Of a DNA stretch of 64,000 nucleotides, positions 16,194 through 32,854 are shown in pieces. Each line of letters starts with the position of its first letter. The first letter of the stretch is position 1. Below the pieces are notes generated by a model that saw only the letters and a program-made list of their open reading frames with translations, ran no database searches and was not told the origin of the DNA. Origin of the DNA: Eledone cirrhosa (taxonomy: Eukaryota); NCBI GenBank assembly GCA_964016885.1, contig OZ024759.1, forward strand, positions 23,746,001-23,810,000. Direction: 5' to 3'. The position numbers were made by a program, and so were the translations under genes.

Positions 16194-16775
16194 GTATGTA
16201 TATATATATATGTATGTATATATGTGTATATGGATGTGTAAGTATGTGTATGTGTGTACACATGGACTAGAGTATGTATGTATATATGAGTGTGTCTATA
16301 CGTGTGTATATAAAGATAAGTTGAGTATGAAAATGTATACACATGAGCGCGTATGTATGTACATGAATACATGTGTGTATATATATGTGTATGCATGTGT
16401 ATATATATGTAAGTATGAATATGTGAATTGTGAGTATATGTATTTTGTAGAGGTGTGCAAATATATTTGTGTGTGAATGCGTGGGTGAAAGGATACGTAC
16501 ACTTGAAAGAAAAATTTAAGTCTGAATGTTAATTAAGTGCAAACACAAAACCAACCACGCATATCTTTACTATCTCTAATCCTTCTATAGATTTAGAAAA
16601 ATAACCAATAATATATTCTATAAAAAATGTCAAAACAACAGATGGGAATCTAATTACTCACTGCCACCAAGAATTCTCACTGCTATCGAAAAACCACTCC
16701 TTCAACTATTCTTCCAACAACTTCACCCCTCCCTCCTAATATTCTCTATAAAAACTAAATAGGTCCTCAGTAATA

Positions 16776-16892
16776 TTATTCTGATGAAATGACAGTAAAT
16801 AATAACATTGAAATATTGAATGTCTGCATAACTAAAAGTTTGTAGATAGCTGTTTTAGGTTATGTAACTGTTATAGAAACACGTGTCAATAA
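16776..16892 (+). ncRNA. Type I hammerhead ribozyme (family A pLTR)
   Basis: CTGATGA 16781, GAAAC 16876, GTC 16885-87. Confidence 0.85.
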
Positions 16893-17042
16893 ATTCCTTT
16901 CAACTAAACTGTATCCATTCAAATCTTTCTATTTTTCTCCGGATTACTTTTGGAACTACAACTGGAACCGTCGAGCAAACTCTACGTGAGCTGATAATCT
17001 ACTGTGTGTAATATTTATATTACAACACAACGGAAAATACTG

Positions 17043-17076
<34 letters not shown>

Positions 17077-17093
17077 TATATATATATATACAC

Positions 17094-17189
<96 letters not shown>

Positions 17190-17204
17190 TGTCATTACTA
17201 CAGC

Positions 17205-17295
17205 AGAGGTCCGATGAGCTGTAGATTACAGAGTCCGGCTAGATCGATACTGATCGAAACTTCAGCAGATCAATAGCGAAACACGCGTTACTACT
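17205..17295 (+). ncRNA. Degenerate hammerhead with extended stem II
   Basis: CCGATGA-gct...agc-GAAAC-acgc-GTT-actact; imperfect stem I; follows (TA)n. Confidence 0.5.
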
Positions 17296-17319
17296 CAATA
17301 ACCTAACAGTAAAGTTCGT

Positions 17320-17515
17320 GGGCGAGTGTGTGGCTGAGTGGTTAGAGAATTGGATTCGTAGTCATGAGTTTCTGAGTTGGATTCCTGGACCGGGTGATGC
17401 TTTATTTCACGCTGCTCCTTCTACCTTGAGTTGCGACCCATAGAGAGTATTAGCAACTGGAAAGACCAACGGAAACATTGTTTCCTCGGCCCGATGTGAC
17501 GAAAGCCGATCAACT
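17320..17515 (+). mobile_element. tRNA-derived SINE (related copies at 36110-36260, 46625-46800; 3' part at 7620-7730)
   Basis: A-box-like TGGCTGAGTGG and B-box-like GAGTTGGATTCC, followed by a shared ttatttcacgctgctcc core. Confidence 0.6.
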
Positions 17516-19026
17516 GTCGATATCTATATATATATATAAGGTAAACAGAAATAATAAAACAAACGGCACAGTACACGGAAGAAATATATTAGTTTAACAC
17601 GAATTATTCACGGTTTGTAGATCGGAACGATCACAAAGTCGGTCACTTAGTTTTTAATACGTGTTTAGATGAAGAGTAGATCATACATATTCGTTATAAT
17701 GTCAACAGAAAGTCCTCTGTTCAGATCCAACCACTTATCCACCCTCATCTATCGATCCATCCATCACTCTATCCATCCTTACACCTGTCAATCGACCCAT
17801 TCATTCATTCATTTTTCTCCAGTTACTTTATTTTTTACCTTTGAAAATAAATGTGTCCCAATTCGGTTTGATTCAAGGTACGATTATATACATACATTTG
17901 TGAAATTATAAAACCAGAAGAACATACATACATGGTGGCTGCCAACTCGTTTTCGAGTACGGCCACTACTTTATATCCATGTAGGAGAATCCCCTACCGA
18001 TGCGCTGAACGAGTGTGACTTTTTAGTCCAGCCAGCGACTTGAAAACTCTGGTACAAACACTACACTTGTGACAAATATTGACACATAGTGCTGGACCCA
18101 TGGTACCATGTAACGACAAGTGCAGAGAGATCTCCAGATATAAAGCAATGCCTATGCCGTGAAGCTTTTATAGTGAGCAAAGGCACTGCACAAAGCCAGT
18201 CCCACTCTCTTAACCAAGATGATATTTACCAAAAAGAAGAACAAGTCAACATCATTGGATACCATCAGAGTTGCAGGTGTTATATCAGAGTTTTCCTTCT
18301 CCTAGAATTCTACCTTGACAAAGGCTAAGGGGTCATCTCTCCCGGTGATTTTGGATGGCCATTGACTCTTAAGAGCTCCTTTTCCCTTTGACAGGTTTTG
18401 TTTTTAGTCCTGCAGGATGTCCAAAGTCACCCTCCTCACCAAGAAACCTTGGTGGGGTTGCCAGCTTAGTCGCCAACGGTAACATGTACTGGGATACATG
18501 TTACCAGTAGCACCAACTGGTGACCTGACATACATACATACATACATACATACATACATACATACATACATACATACATACATACATACATACATACATT
18601 TGAGACGTTAACCGGTAATTGAGATCATAAAAATGGAAAATCCACAGTCACCGACACTTTGAGCGCAGCCATTTAGAATCTTAAATTTCCTTCACCGATA
18701 ACAATGTATTTCATGTCTGAAATTATTAACTCAACCGTAACGAGTTAACACTATGTAGATCTATTTTATTCCCTATTGTATAAATAATATTACAAATAAA
18801 AAAAGGAAAAGAAAAAAACAGAAGCGAGTAGAACACACATCTAGGAGCACATAATTTAACGGTATGAGAATATAAATATAAAAGAACAGACACACATACA
18901 CTCACATAAACTTATTAAAAACACACTCAGAGTTTCATCTCCAGCCAGCGTTTCGTTATGTTTGTCGTCACAGAAAAGTATGTGTACTGACACACATATA
19001 CTTGTCAGTCATCACATATGTGTGTG

Positions 19027-19089
<63 letters not shown>

Positions 19090-19096
19090 CCGTCTG

Positions 19097-19430
19097 TCTG
19101 TCTGTGTCTATCTGTATAAATCACTAAAACACGAGAAGTACCCGACGGATTTTTTTTCCTTTTCTATTCGTATGTGTTTGCGCGTTCGTTACGTACGTTA
19201 AGCCTTAGTTCGTTACAAACACAAATATACACATATATATGTGTATATGTGTGTGCGTGTGTTTCATTCTTTGTGTATCTGATTAAATATTTACGTGAAG
19301 ATGTGCGTGTTTGTAACGAACTAAGGCTTAACGTACGTAACGAACGCGCAAACACATACGAATAGAAAAGGAAAAAAAATCCGTCGGGTACTTCTCGTGT
19401 TTTAGTGATTTATACAGACAGACACAAACA
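19097..19430. mobile_element. MITE-like fold-back with ~125-bp inverted arms
   Basis: 19097-19222 is the reverse complement of ~19308-19430; spacer ~85 bp. Confidence 0.75.
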
Positions 19431-19550
19431 GACACACACACACACACACACACAGACATCCTGTTTTATATAGAGAGAGATATAGAACCCTTATTGAGGT
19501 CTCTCTGGATTTTGGAGTTTATATTTACTATTACTTATATGTATATATAC

Positions 19551-19607
<57 letters not shown>

Positions 19608-19642
19608 ATATGTATGTGTGTGTATTACACACCTGCATATAT

Positions 19643-22039
19643 ATCATCATCATCATCAACATCGTTTAGCATCCATCTTCCACGCTAGCATGGGTCTGGA
19701 CGGGAATTGTCCCACTTGAGGCAAGATTGGTTGATTGGTTGTCTTGCTCAGGACTGTCTGGCGGGTTTTCTACGGCTGGATGCCCTTCCTAACACCAACC
19801 ACGTTTACAGTGTGGACTGGGAGGTTTTTACCGTGTTACCTACACGGCCACATTACAGTGTGGACTGTGTGTTTTTGTCGTGACACCTACACGACCTCAT
19901 TTGTTTCGGACTGGATGTTGTGGTACCAACATAGCTTTACATCGAAAGGGGTGGTGTAGATGGCGGTTGGAGTAGGGGTAGTGGGACGGGGTGTATTTTG
20001 GTTAAGAGGTGCCTACTAACTGTAGGTTTCACTTTGTACTTAGGCAAGGCGGGTCTTCTGTATTACTGCGTAGCGCCAAAGATCTCAGTCCAGTGACATT
20101 GTCTTGGAGAGGTGTAAGTGTGTGAGGGCGGAATTTATCAAGTCATCCCAGGTTTTTCTGGGTCTGCCTACTCCGTAGCTACCGTCTATTTTGATCGCCC
20201 TACACTTTTTTTTATACAGCTGCCGTCTTTCATGCGCATCATGTGACGATACCAAGTAGTCTTCTCTCGAGTAAACACCATCTGATCCCTCTTATTCCTA
20301 ATTTCTCACTTAGTTCATTTATGCTTTGCCGTTCGCGTATATTACTATTACACATCGGCTTCGTTCCTCTCCAGTCTGCGTAGGTCCTCTGCACACAAGG
20401 CCCATGTCTCACTGCCATGGAACATCGCTGTTCGTATGCAGGCATCATACAGCCTACCTTTCATTTTTAGAGAGAAACCTTTAGCGGCCGCTAGTGGTAT
20501 AAGCTCTCTGAACTTTTTCCATCCCGTTCTGATTCTAGCTACTGTATTTTGGAGCACCCTCCACCACTGGTGATTTTGTCACCCAGGTAACGGAAGGTGT
20601 CCACTATTTCTATAGAACCATCTGGACAATGGAATGAGTTAGTATTCTGTGGGCATTTGCTGCTACTTATTGCACCTGAACACCGGCCACATATAAAATC
20701 TATATTCTTAGTTAACTTACCTGTGATCCCACTACATCTTTTATGCACCCATACTTTGCATTTGGGACATAAAATGGAGTTTCTGCCTACTCCTTTCCTA
20801 CACACTGAGCATGGCCATTTCCCAGATGGGACCAGTGCCCTATTTTCCTTCCTACATATTAGAACTTTAGCCTTAGACAAGTTAATGTTAAGGCCTTTTG
20901 ATTCTAGGGCATGCTTCCATGTTTGGAATGTCTTCTCTAGTTCAGCCATTGATTCGGCTATAAGCATTAGATCATCTGCGTATAGAAGTTCCCTTGGGCA
21001 GCCGGTCTTGAACTCCTCTGTTATAGCCTGAAGGACGATAATAAATAGGAGGGGGCTAAGGACGGAGCCCTGATGAACACCAACTTTTACGCTAAACTAT
21101 TCATTATATTCGTTGTTAACTCTAACCTTGCTGACTGTTTCTTTATACATGGCTTGTATAGCTCTCACAAGCCATTCATCAACCCCTAGTTTTCTAAGGG
21201 CCCACCAGATAATGGCGCGGGGGACTCTGTCAGAGGCTTTCTCCAAGTCAACGAAAGCTAAGTAAGGGGTTTACTTTTAGCTAGGTACTTCTCCTGTAGT
21301 TGTCGTACAATGAAAAGAGCGTCTGTGGTACTTTTACATGACACAAACCGGATCTGCATTTCATCTAGATCAATTCTCTCTCTGATTAGTTGCGCTATTA
21401 CTTTTTCTGTGACCTTCATGACCTGGTCAATTAATTTAATGCCTCTATAGTTTCCCCTATCTAGGGCATATCCTTTACACTTGTAGCAGTTAATGATGAT
21501 GCTGTTACGCCAGTCCTTTGTTACGACCCCATTCTGTATGACTTGGTTTACTATCCGGATGACCATAGTGTGTCCAACCGTTCCAGATACTTTCAACATT
21601 TCAGCAAGTATTTCCGATGGCCCAGCCGCCTTGCCCGTCTTCATATCTTTGATTGCCTTACTTATTATACTACCTTTAACTTGCACTGCTGGTCCCTCTA
21701 TTGGCTCGATGTGGGGGAGACTGTCTTTCTCCCATTTATTCTCCTCATTTAGTAGCCTTTCGTAGTGACACACAAGCTACCTTCTTATCAGCGTCAGTGA
21801 TGCCAAGTACACCATTGTCATTACGGACACACTTTTCCCCGACAATATGACGGTTTTCCTTGACGCATTTCCTAGCAATCCTGAACACCTCACATCTTTT
21901 GCCCTCGCGTTGTAGAACATGCTTGAACGTTCTTTCCTCTGCTTCTCTTCTTGCGAAGTACACTTGTCTCCTAGCTTCCCTCCTAGCTACTTGATAGTGT
22001 TCTCTACTTCCCCATCCGCCATACTTTCCAAGCCTGCTT
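19643..22039 (-). mobile_element. RTE-clade LINE fragment (RT, Cys-rich insert, 3'UTR, (GAT)n tail), degenerate
   Basis: GKAAGP, NYRGIKL, STTDALF, GVHQGSVLSPLLF, YADDL and FRYLG motifs spread over shifted frames. Confidence 0.9.
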
Positions 22040-22042
22040 TAT

Positions 22043-22136
<94 letters not shown>

Positions 22137-22169
22137 ACATATACATATACATATATATATATGTACACA

Positions 22170-22360
22170 TCTATCTATCTAAGGCGGGTAAAATTCCCGA
22201 GATCCATGGACGAGTTCTCTCCAGCGGTCTCTGTCCCTCATTATCGCTGCCATATCCTGCATCTCCAACAGACCAGTGTCTGTCCTTAGGGCATCAACAT
22301 ATGTTAACCTTGGTCTTCCCCTTCTAGTGTGTCCATGTAGGGGCTCCCAAAGGAGTACTG
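22170..22360 (-). mobile_element. 3' end of another RTE-like LINE (mirror copy at 25550-25740, +)
   Basis: LLWEP.HG..RRGRP..TYVD.L..DTG..DRDRWR followed by an (ATAG)n tail. Confidence 0.7.
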
Positions 22361-22446
22361 AATGTATATATATATGTACACATATATATATACATATAAA
22401 TGAAAGGTATAGAAATTGTTTTAGCGAGAAGCTAACAGTATTTCAT

Positions 22447-25458
<3,012 letters not shown>

Positions 25459-25462
<4 letters not shown>

Positions 25463-25772
25463 ATGAAATACTGTTAGCTTCTCGCTAAAACAATTTCTAT
25501 ACCTTTCATTTATATGTATATATATATGTGTACATATATATATACATTCAGTGCTCCTTTGGGAGCCCCTACATGGACACACTAGAAGGGGAAGACCAAG
25601 GTTAACATATGTTGATGCCCTAAGGACAGACACTGGTCTGTTGGAGATGCAGGATATGGCAGCGATAATGAGGGACAGAGACCGCCGGAGAGAACTCGTC
25701 CATGGATCTCGGGAATTTTACCCGCCTTAGATAGATAGATGTGTACATATATATATATGTATATGTATATGT

Positions 25773-25854
<82 letters not shown>

Positions 25855-26888
25855 ATAAAGCAGGCTTGGAAAGTATGGCGGATGGGGAAGTAGAGAACAC
25901 TATCAAGTAGCTAGGAGGGAAGCTAGGAGACAAGTGTACTTCGCAAGAAGAGAAGCAGAGGAAAGAACGTTCAAGCATGTTCTACAACGCGAGGACAAAA
26001 GATGTGAGGTGTTCAGGATTGCTAGGAAATGCGTCAAGGAAAACCGTCATATTGTCGGGGAAAAGTGTGCCCGTAATGACAATGGTGTACTTGGCATCAC
26101 TGACGCTGATAAGAAGGTAGCTTGTGTGTCACTACGAAAGGCTACTAAATGAGGAGAATAAATGGGAGAAAGACAGTCTCCCCCACATCGAGCCAATAGA
26201 GGGACCGGCAGTGCAAGTTAAAGGTAGTATAATAAGTAAGGCAATCAATGATATGAAGACGGGCAAGGCGGCTGGGCCATCGGAAATACTTGCTGAAATG
26301 TTGAAAGTATCTGGAACGGTTGGACACACTATGGTCATCCGGATAGTAAACCAAGTCATACAGAATGGGGTCGTAACAAAGGACTGGCGTAACAGCATCA
26401 TCATTAACTGCTACAAGTGTAAAGGATATGCCCTAGATAGGGGAAACTATAGAGGCATTAAATTAATTGACCAGGTCATGAAGGTCACAGAAAAAGTAAT
26501 AGCGCAACTAATCAGAGAGAGAATTGATCTAGATGAAATGCAGATCCGGTTTGTGTCATGTAAAAGTACCACAGACGCTCTTTTCATTGTACGACAACTA
26601 CAGGAGAAGTACCTAGCTAAAAGTAAACCCCTTACTTAGCTTTCGTTGACTTGGAGAAAGCCTCTGACAGAGTCCCCCGCGCCATTATCTGGTGGGCCCT
26701 TAGAAAACTAGGGGTTGATGAATGGCTTGTGAGAGCTATACAAGCCATGTATAAAGAAACAGTCAGCAAGGTTAGAGTTAACAACGAATATAATGAATAG
26801 TTTAGCGTAAAAGTTGGTGTTCATCAGGGCTCCGTCCTTAGCCCCCTCCTATTTATTATCGTCCTTCAGGCTATAACAGAGGAGTTCA
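25459..26888 (+). repeat. Inverted duplicate of 21009-22450 (RTE LINE fragment)
   Basis: Reverse complement with at least 6 substitutions; ends at the N gap. Confidence 0.93.
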
Positions 26889-27088
26889 NNNNNNNNNNNN
26901 NNNNNNNNNNNNNNNNNNNNNNNNNNNNNNNNNNNNNNNNNNNNNNNNNNNNNNNNNNNNNNNNNNNNNNNNNNNNNNNNNNNNNNNNNNNNNNNNNNNN
27001 NNNNNNNNNNNNNNNNNNNNNNNNNNNNNNNNNNNNNNNNNNNNNNNNNNNNNNNNNNNNNNNNNNNNNNNNNNNNNNNNNNNNNNNN
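26889..27088. other. Assembly gap (200 N)
   Basis: Run of n. Confidence 1.
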
Positions 27089-27402
27089 TAAATTCTACTC
27101 CGTATAAATAGAGCTAGCATCTAATACAATTTTTTTAGTGCCCTAGGCTAGTTCACTCAAATATAATAATTCTAACTAGCAGTTAAGAAACCTGTCATGT
27201 GGACAACTTGCTTCGGGCCATACTCTACTCCGTACTTATAAATAAAACTAGCATCTAGGTATTTAATGAGTGTCCTAGGCTAGTTCTACAATGCGCTCCG
27301 CCCTCTCCCAGTTATGCGCCCAAATTCTCCCAAATGTGATAATTTCAACTAACAGTTATAAACGTAATTTGTAATAAGGAAATCACTGAGCCTGCATTTT
27401 CT

Positions 27403-27780
27403 AATACGGCTGGAGAGAAATGAAGCAAGCATGCTCCGTTGGATGTGCAATGTCAATGTGCGTGAACGACCATGCATAGATGAGTTGAGAGAGAAACTGT
27501 TTATAAGTGGGATAAGTTGTAGTGTGCGGGAGAGAAGATTGCGATGGTATGGACATGTGATGCGCATGGAGGATGACCACTGGGTAAAGAAGTGCCAAGA
27601 AATCCCAGTAGAGGGAAGACGCTGGAGAGGAAGACCACGAAAAACATGGGCGGATGTGGTGAGAGCAGACCTCGCTGGAGCCCACGGAGGAAATGACGAA
27701 GGACCGTGACGAGTGGGGAGATGCCGTGCTAAATGCAAGCAGGGAAAAGTGGACGTAAAATGATGATGATGATGATGTTG
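27403..27780 (+). mobile_element. RTE-clade LINE 3' end (related family)
   Basis: [27 protein letters not shown] and a (TGA)n tail. Confidence 0.8.
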
Positions 27781-27813
<33 letters not shown>

Positions 27814-27925
27814 GATATTGTTATACTTGGGGAGGGTCATATTTGTGTAATATTGCCAGAATTAATAACAGAACACACTCACTGTTTGGTTGGTTTTCGC
27901 TTCTCGCTGTCTTTTATATCTGCGA

Positions 27926-27982
<57 letters not shown>

Positions 27983-28135
27983 AATAAATATACACGGGTG
28001 TGTATGATTTGTGTATAGAAGATTATATTAATAAAAGGAATTCGAACTTTATCTGATTAACTCGTTTTATTTACAATCCTTTAAAATTATAATGATATTA
28101 TAATGAAATAGTATGGTAGAATATTAAATGTTAAT

Positions 28136-28174
28136 TGAACAAGTACTTTCATGCTTTCGCAATCTTCAGGTTCA
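28136..28174 (-). ncRNA. Minimal type I hammerhead
   Basis: Minus strand reads tgaac-CTGAAGA-t-tgc(gaaa)gca-t-GAAA-gtac-TT-gttca. Perfect stem I, GNRA loop II, palindromic AGTACT. Confidence 0.75.
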
Positions 28175-28604
28175 TATTCAGTGGTGGCAGTCAAATATAT
28201 ATATATACATATATACTTAGGTTAATAGGAGTTAGGTATTGTATACCCGTGTCCCATTAAGGTATTGGCAGCATAATAATTAGCTCTATGCTTTGGAGCA
28301 GAGCCGTATATATGATAAAGAACACAAGAGCGTCTACAACATCAAAAGATTTTTATTGGCTTACAATGTTTTTTCCTTACGTAACCGTAGGATTCGTCAG
28401 AGCTATAAAAGGGGTTTGATTGGTGTTATGAACTCTACCAACCAAACATTCAAGAACAAAGAGTAAAGAGAGTAAAGAGCAAAAGTAGGGGACGATAAGT
28501 CTAATTTTGGTGCGGGAGGGTGGGGTGTGGGTCCTTGTTTACTAGCTGCGGTCATATTCATTCCCGGGAGTCGAGTGGTTAGCTGTCCCTGAAAGGCCGG
28601 GCGG

Positions 28605-29935
28605 AGGTGGCGTATGCGTACATAGCATCCGTCATCTGCTACCGCCTCACCGTCGTCCCTTGCCCCGGCCCAACTCTCACCAAAAGAGAGCGCCTCCTCT
28701 TCCGCTTTTTGTGGAAGGGACGCGGACCCATGTTCAGACGATCCATCTGCTGTCAACATCCGTTGCGTGGAGGACTGGGCATGCCATGGCTGATGATGCG
28801 CAAACATGCGCTGAGGCTGCGACATCTCCGGTGCTTCCTTGACGGTGAACATGTGTGGTCGCCGTTCGCCAGGCACGTTTTCTCCTTGACGGAACTGCAG
28901 TCCTGGGTCAGGAAAAGACCGGGGGATAGCGCTTGGAAACTGTATTGTCTCCAGGCGCTCACTGCCCTCTGCCAGTTGGGCACCAGTATCGGTGGAACAT
29001 CCACCTCGGCGTTCTGTAGAGGAGTAGTGGAGGGGAAGAGCGACGACGTTCTCTGAGAGATCCTGGGCGTTGAAGAAGATCAGCTGTTTGCTCTCTTCCG
29101 GAGAACTTTCAGCCCAGGCTCTATGGATAACTTCCAAAAATCCCTGGCCTGGCAGTGCTACCGGGGAGCGTTGCCGGTTCGAGATAAGCTCTACAGGCAC
29201 GGAAGTGCCGTCAGCCGAGCCTGTCCGAGATGCGCGCAGAGCGACGAAACCGTCGCGCACGCACTCGTTCAGTGCCCGAGCATTGCTGACTTGTGGAACT
29301 ATGTCGAACAGTTGCTGTCGCGTGTAGGACTGATCCGGTTATCGACTGAGTCCATTGTGCAGATGGTCTCGCCGTCTTCCTTCGAGGAGGAAGAGCAGGC
29401 GGTCTTCATCTGCCTGGTGGCCATGGCGAAAGATATTGTGTGGTGGACAAGGTTGAAAGAGTTAAAAACAGACACTTTTTCTCTTCGGCGAATCCCTAAT
29501 TAACTTTTTCAAGTTTCACTTGAAGAGGAAAATCAGAGTGGAGAGGCAAGTGCTGCCTTCTAGCGAGTATGGTCCGAGTGAACGGGACCGCTCTGAATAT
29601 ACGCCTGTAGTTTGAGAAATGTAAAAATTGAGAGTGGGCGCTTGCTCTGGTGGTCAGGGTGGCCGTGGTCTTTTGTGTGGTTTTCGCCACGAGTAACCCT
29701 CGGCGGTTTCCCCCTTATTGGGGAATTTTTCATTGTTTCAATTTTCATTGTTTCAATTTTATTGTTTATATATATATATATATGTTTCTATGTCTTTTTT
29801 TGTCTTTTCTTATATAAATAATAAAAAATCTTTACACGCACAAAACCCACATCGTACCGTCCTGTGCCGCCTGTAATGTTTTTTCTTGATGTCAGCCCTT
29901 GTAGCCAATAAAGAAATCATTATTATTATTATTAT
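28605..29935 (+). mobile_element. L1/Tx1-like LINE 3' portion
   Basis: FRFLWKG..GGLGMP and the zf-RVT-type CPRC..ETVAHALVQC motif; 3'UTR ends AATAAAGAAAT plus (TAT)n. Confidence 0.8.
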
Positions 29936-29957
29936 TTTTAGTTGATTGGATCAAATC

Positions 29958-30116
29958 ATGAACGAAGAAAAAGCTGCCGAAGATTATATTAAGAAAGTCG
30001 GTGATGAAGATAAAAGTGCTTATCAAAGAAACTTTAGTGCACACAAGAGGGGAATCAGTCGAGAAGATATGACAAATTCCTATTCTGACTGGGTCACGAA
30101 GGGTAGCTATGAAATT
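29958..30116 (+). CDS. METTL27: METTL27/WBSCR27-like SAM-dependent methyltransferase, coding exon 1
   Basis: AG acceptor at 29940-41, ATG 29958, MNEEKAAEDY...YSDWVTKGSYEI, then GTAAG (phase 0). Confidence 0.8.
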
Positions 30117-30193
30117 GTAAGAGTTATCTATTATTATTATTCTTGTTTTTATTTTATTTCATCATTGTTTCTGAGATATATATGCCGAGTGTC

Positions 30194-30234
<41 letters not shown>

Positions 30235-30640
30235 TGGATTGGCAGTATTGGTAGAGGGTTGGACGTCATGCTTTGATGCATAGAGTTACGGCCCTTTCCA
30301 TTCTGAGTTCAAACCTCGCCGCCGTGGTTAACTTTGTCTTTCATCCTTACGGGATCGATAAAATAAAGTACCAGTAATGCACTGATATAATTGTTGGCCC
30401 TGTGCCAAAAATAGAAATTATTATCCCGCCGAGGTTAGCTTTGCCTTTCATTCTTAGAGGGTCGCTAAAATAAAGCACCAGTTACGTCTGAGGTAAATTT
30501 AATCGACTTTCCCCTCCTCCAAAATTGCTGGCTTGCACCTAAATCAGAAACCATAACAATTATTATTATCCTCAGTATCCGTAGAGATATAGAGAAAGGA
30601 TCGACCCAGTACTTGACTGGTACTTTTTTATCGACCTCGA
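30235..30640. mobile_element. tRNA-derived SINE copies (abundant family)
   Basis: A-box TGGCAGTATTGG, B-box GAGTTCAAACC, core ctttcatccttacgggatcgataaaataaagtaccag. Other copies near 36510-36830, 37420-37560, 41350-41500, 43660-43850, 50910-51105 and 57265-57600. Confidence 0.75.
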
Positions 30641-31090
30641 ATGTTCTTAGATTCTTCCGCGTCGTTCGGCGCATCGAGCAGTAAGTACTCGCCAAACGTC
30701 ACGATCAGCGGCAACTTTTTCGAGACCGTGCCAGGTGATGTTGACTGCCATCAGGTCCTTCCGGAACGTTCGTCGCCAGGTGATCCTTGGGCAACCCCGC
30801 CTCCGTTTACCGCCAGGCGGAGTCCAGTTCATCGCTGTTTTCGAATGCCGTTCATTTGGCAGACGCAGAATATGGCCAGCCCAGACGGCACCGGCGCTCC
30901 GTGTCCCCTCTCTGTAGCGCCCACGACTCGGCTCTCCGCAGGATCTCCTCGTTTCGCACTCGGTCGCGCCAGGACACACGAAGGATCTTTCGCAGGCACC
31001 ACTGGTGGAAAGCGCTCAGCCGTCTCTCTATTTTTGCCGTACTCTTCCAGGTCTCGCTCGCATAAAGCACTGTCGGCAGCACGATGCTCG
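30641..31090 (-). mobile_element. RTE-like LINE 3' fragment (GC-rich family)
   Basis: VLYASETW..FHQWCLRKILRVSWRDRVRNEEIL..WAGHILR..KRRRGCPRITW..AADRDVWR. Confidence 0.82.
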
Positions 31091-31112
31091 AATGAATATC
31101 TATCTATCTATC

Positions 31113-31177
<65 letters not shown>

Positions 31178-31380
31178 GCTGTATATCGGGATTAAATCTA
31201 GTTTAGCATTATCATTTTTGTTGTTTTATTTAAATCGTTGGAATTGTTCAACGAATGTCTTTTTTTATTAGTTTCATTCTCTGTGAATATGTCAGTCAAT
31301 CTCCTTGATACTTTTTTCCCTTTTCTTCTCCCAGACAAACTAACCGTGTAATACTTGTTTTTCCAGTTTTACATATCCGG

Positions 31381-31463
<83 letters not shown>

Positions 31464-31825
31464 CTCATTTTTTCAAGTAAAAAGAAATTCAAACACTCAT
31501 ATATGAAAAAACAACCTGTGACAACCCCCCCCCCCCCCCTCTCTTATTTGAAGAACTATTGTAACGCGAACTGGCGCGAAATTTATTATAATTATTGACA
31601 AACCAATCAAATTACTTCTCGAAAAACCTGCTTTCGAGCCACTTTTTCCATATAAAACAAGTAACATTTAGAGACCAACCAGATGTGAGAAAAACCACAG
31701 ACCCTCCATCTCAACTCACCTTTTGAAAAGCAGAAGAACTGCGAAACCGGTAAAGGAACCAAATAAATATATATATTTTTTTTAAAAATAAGACTTCAGT
31801 TGCATTTTCGATTTCATCTCTTTTT

Positions 31826-31932
<107 letters not shown>

Positions 31933-32366
31933 TATACATATATATATATATCACCTTGATCACCTTGACCGACCAGTCTGTCGGGCGCCAAGCGGCGCCG
32001 CTTGTCACAGCACGTCGTGCTGTTTTAGCCATAAAATTTAGCCATAAAATAACGCCATCCCACTGGCTGGGCGGGCAGGCCGATATATATATATATATAT
32101 ATATATATCATAAATCATATCCTTAGAATTATTAGATAAAATATATACCATTTCCTCTCCCAATTAGCATAATTAACCATATAAAAAAATCAATTAGACC
32201 AAGCTATAAGAATAAAGGCTCTTATGAAGAAATTTCCGACAAATAACCGAAAGCGGCCTCTTCGCGGTGGCCCCAATAGAGTATTTATCCAAAATTATTA
32301 ACAGCATGTTGAAACTGACTAAATATACCGTCAACCATACACAATTAGGTGCATGTATATGTAAAC

Positions 32367-32400
<34 letters not shown>

Positions 32401-32488
32401 ATATCCACCTGTCTCTCTCTATATATATATATTTATATATATAAAGATAAATAAAAAGTCAAATGATTAAAATTTAGCTTCGTTTATT

Positions 32489-32543
32489 ACTACTATATAT
32501 ATTTCAGTGACAGCCATCTTTGGCTGTGACCTCTTCAGGCAGT
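32489..32543 (-). ncRNA. Type I hammerhead with TATATA stem III
   Basis: Minus strand reads actgc-CTGAAGA-ggtcacagcca(aaga)tggctgtcact-GAAA-tatata-TA-gtagt. Confidence 0.75.
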
Positions 32544-32659
32544 TTGAATTAGTATGGTATAGACAAGTACATATGTTGTTGAGGTGTATAATATTGTCAA
32601 TACTCTGATATGCCCAGTTCCTGGCTGGGTTGTCATTTCATTGAGGAACTGGAATCATA

Positions 32660-32720
<61 letters not shown>

Positions 32721-32721
32721 G

Positions 32722-32776
<55 letters not shown>

Positions 32777-32791
32777 TTTTATATATATATG

Positions 32792-32854
<63 letters not shown>

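Larger units (their letters stand above)
12954..17043 (+). mobile_element. Family A PLE, second copy: inverted pLTR (12954-14040, minus) + 5'-truncated body + pLTR + ~110-nt extension
   Basis: Inversion junction at 14040 (ggctcc|ttaccggcgg); near-identical to 518-5294; both ends in (TA)n. Confidence 0.93.

Noticed and set aside
28358-28405. Minus-strand hammerhead (CTGACGA...aaaac-att-GTA)
   Set aside because: The G of GAAA appears mutated; counted only as a degenerate relic.
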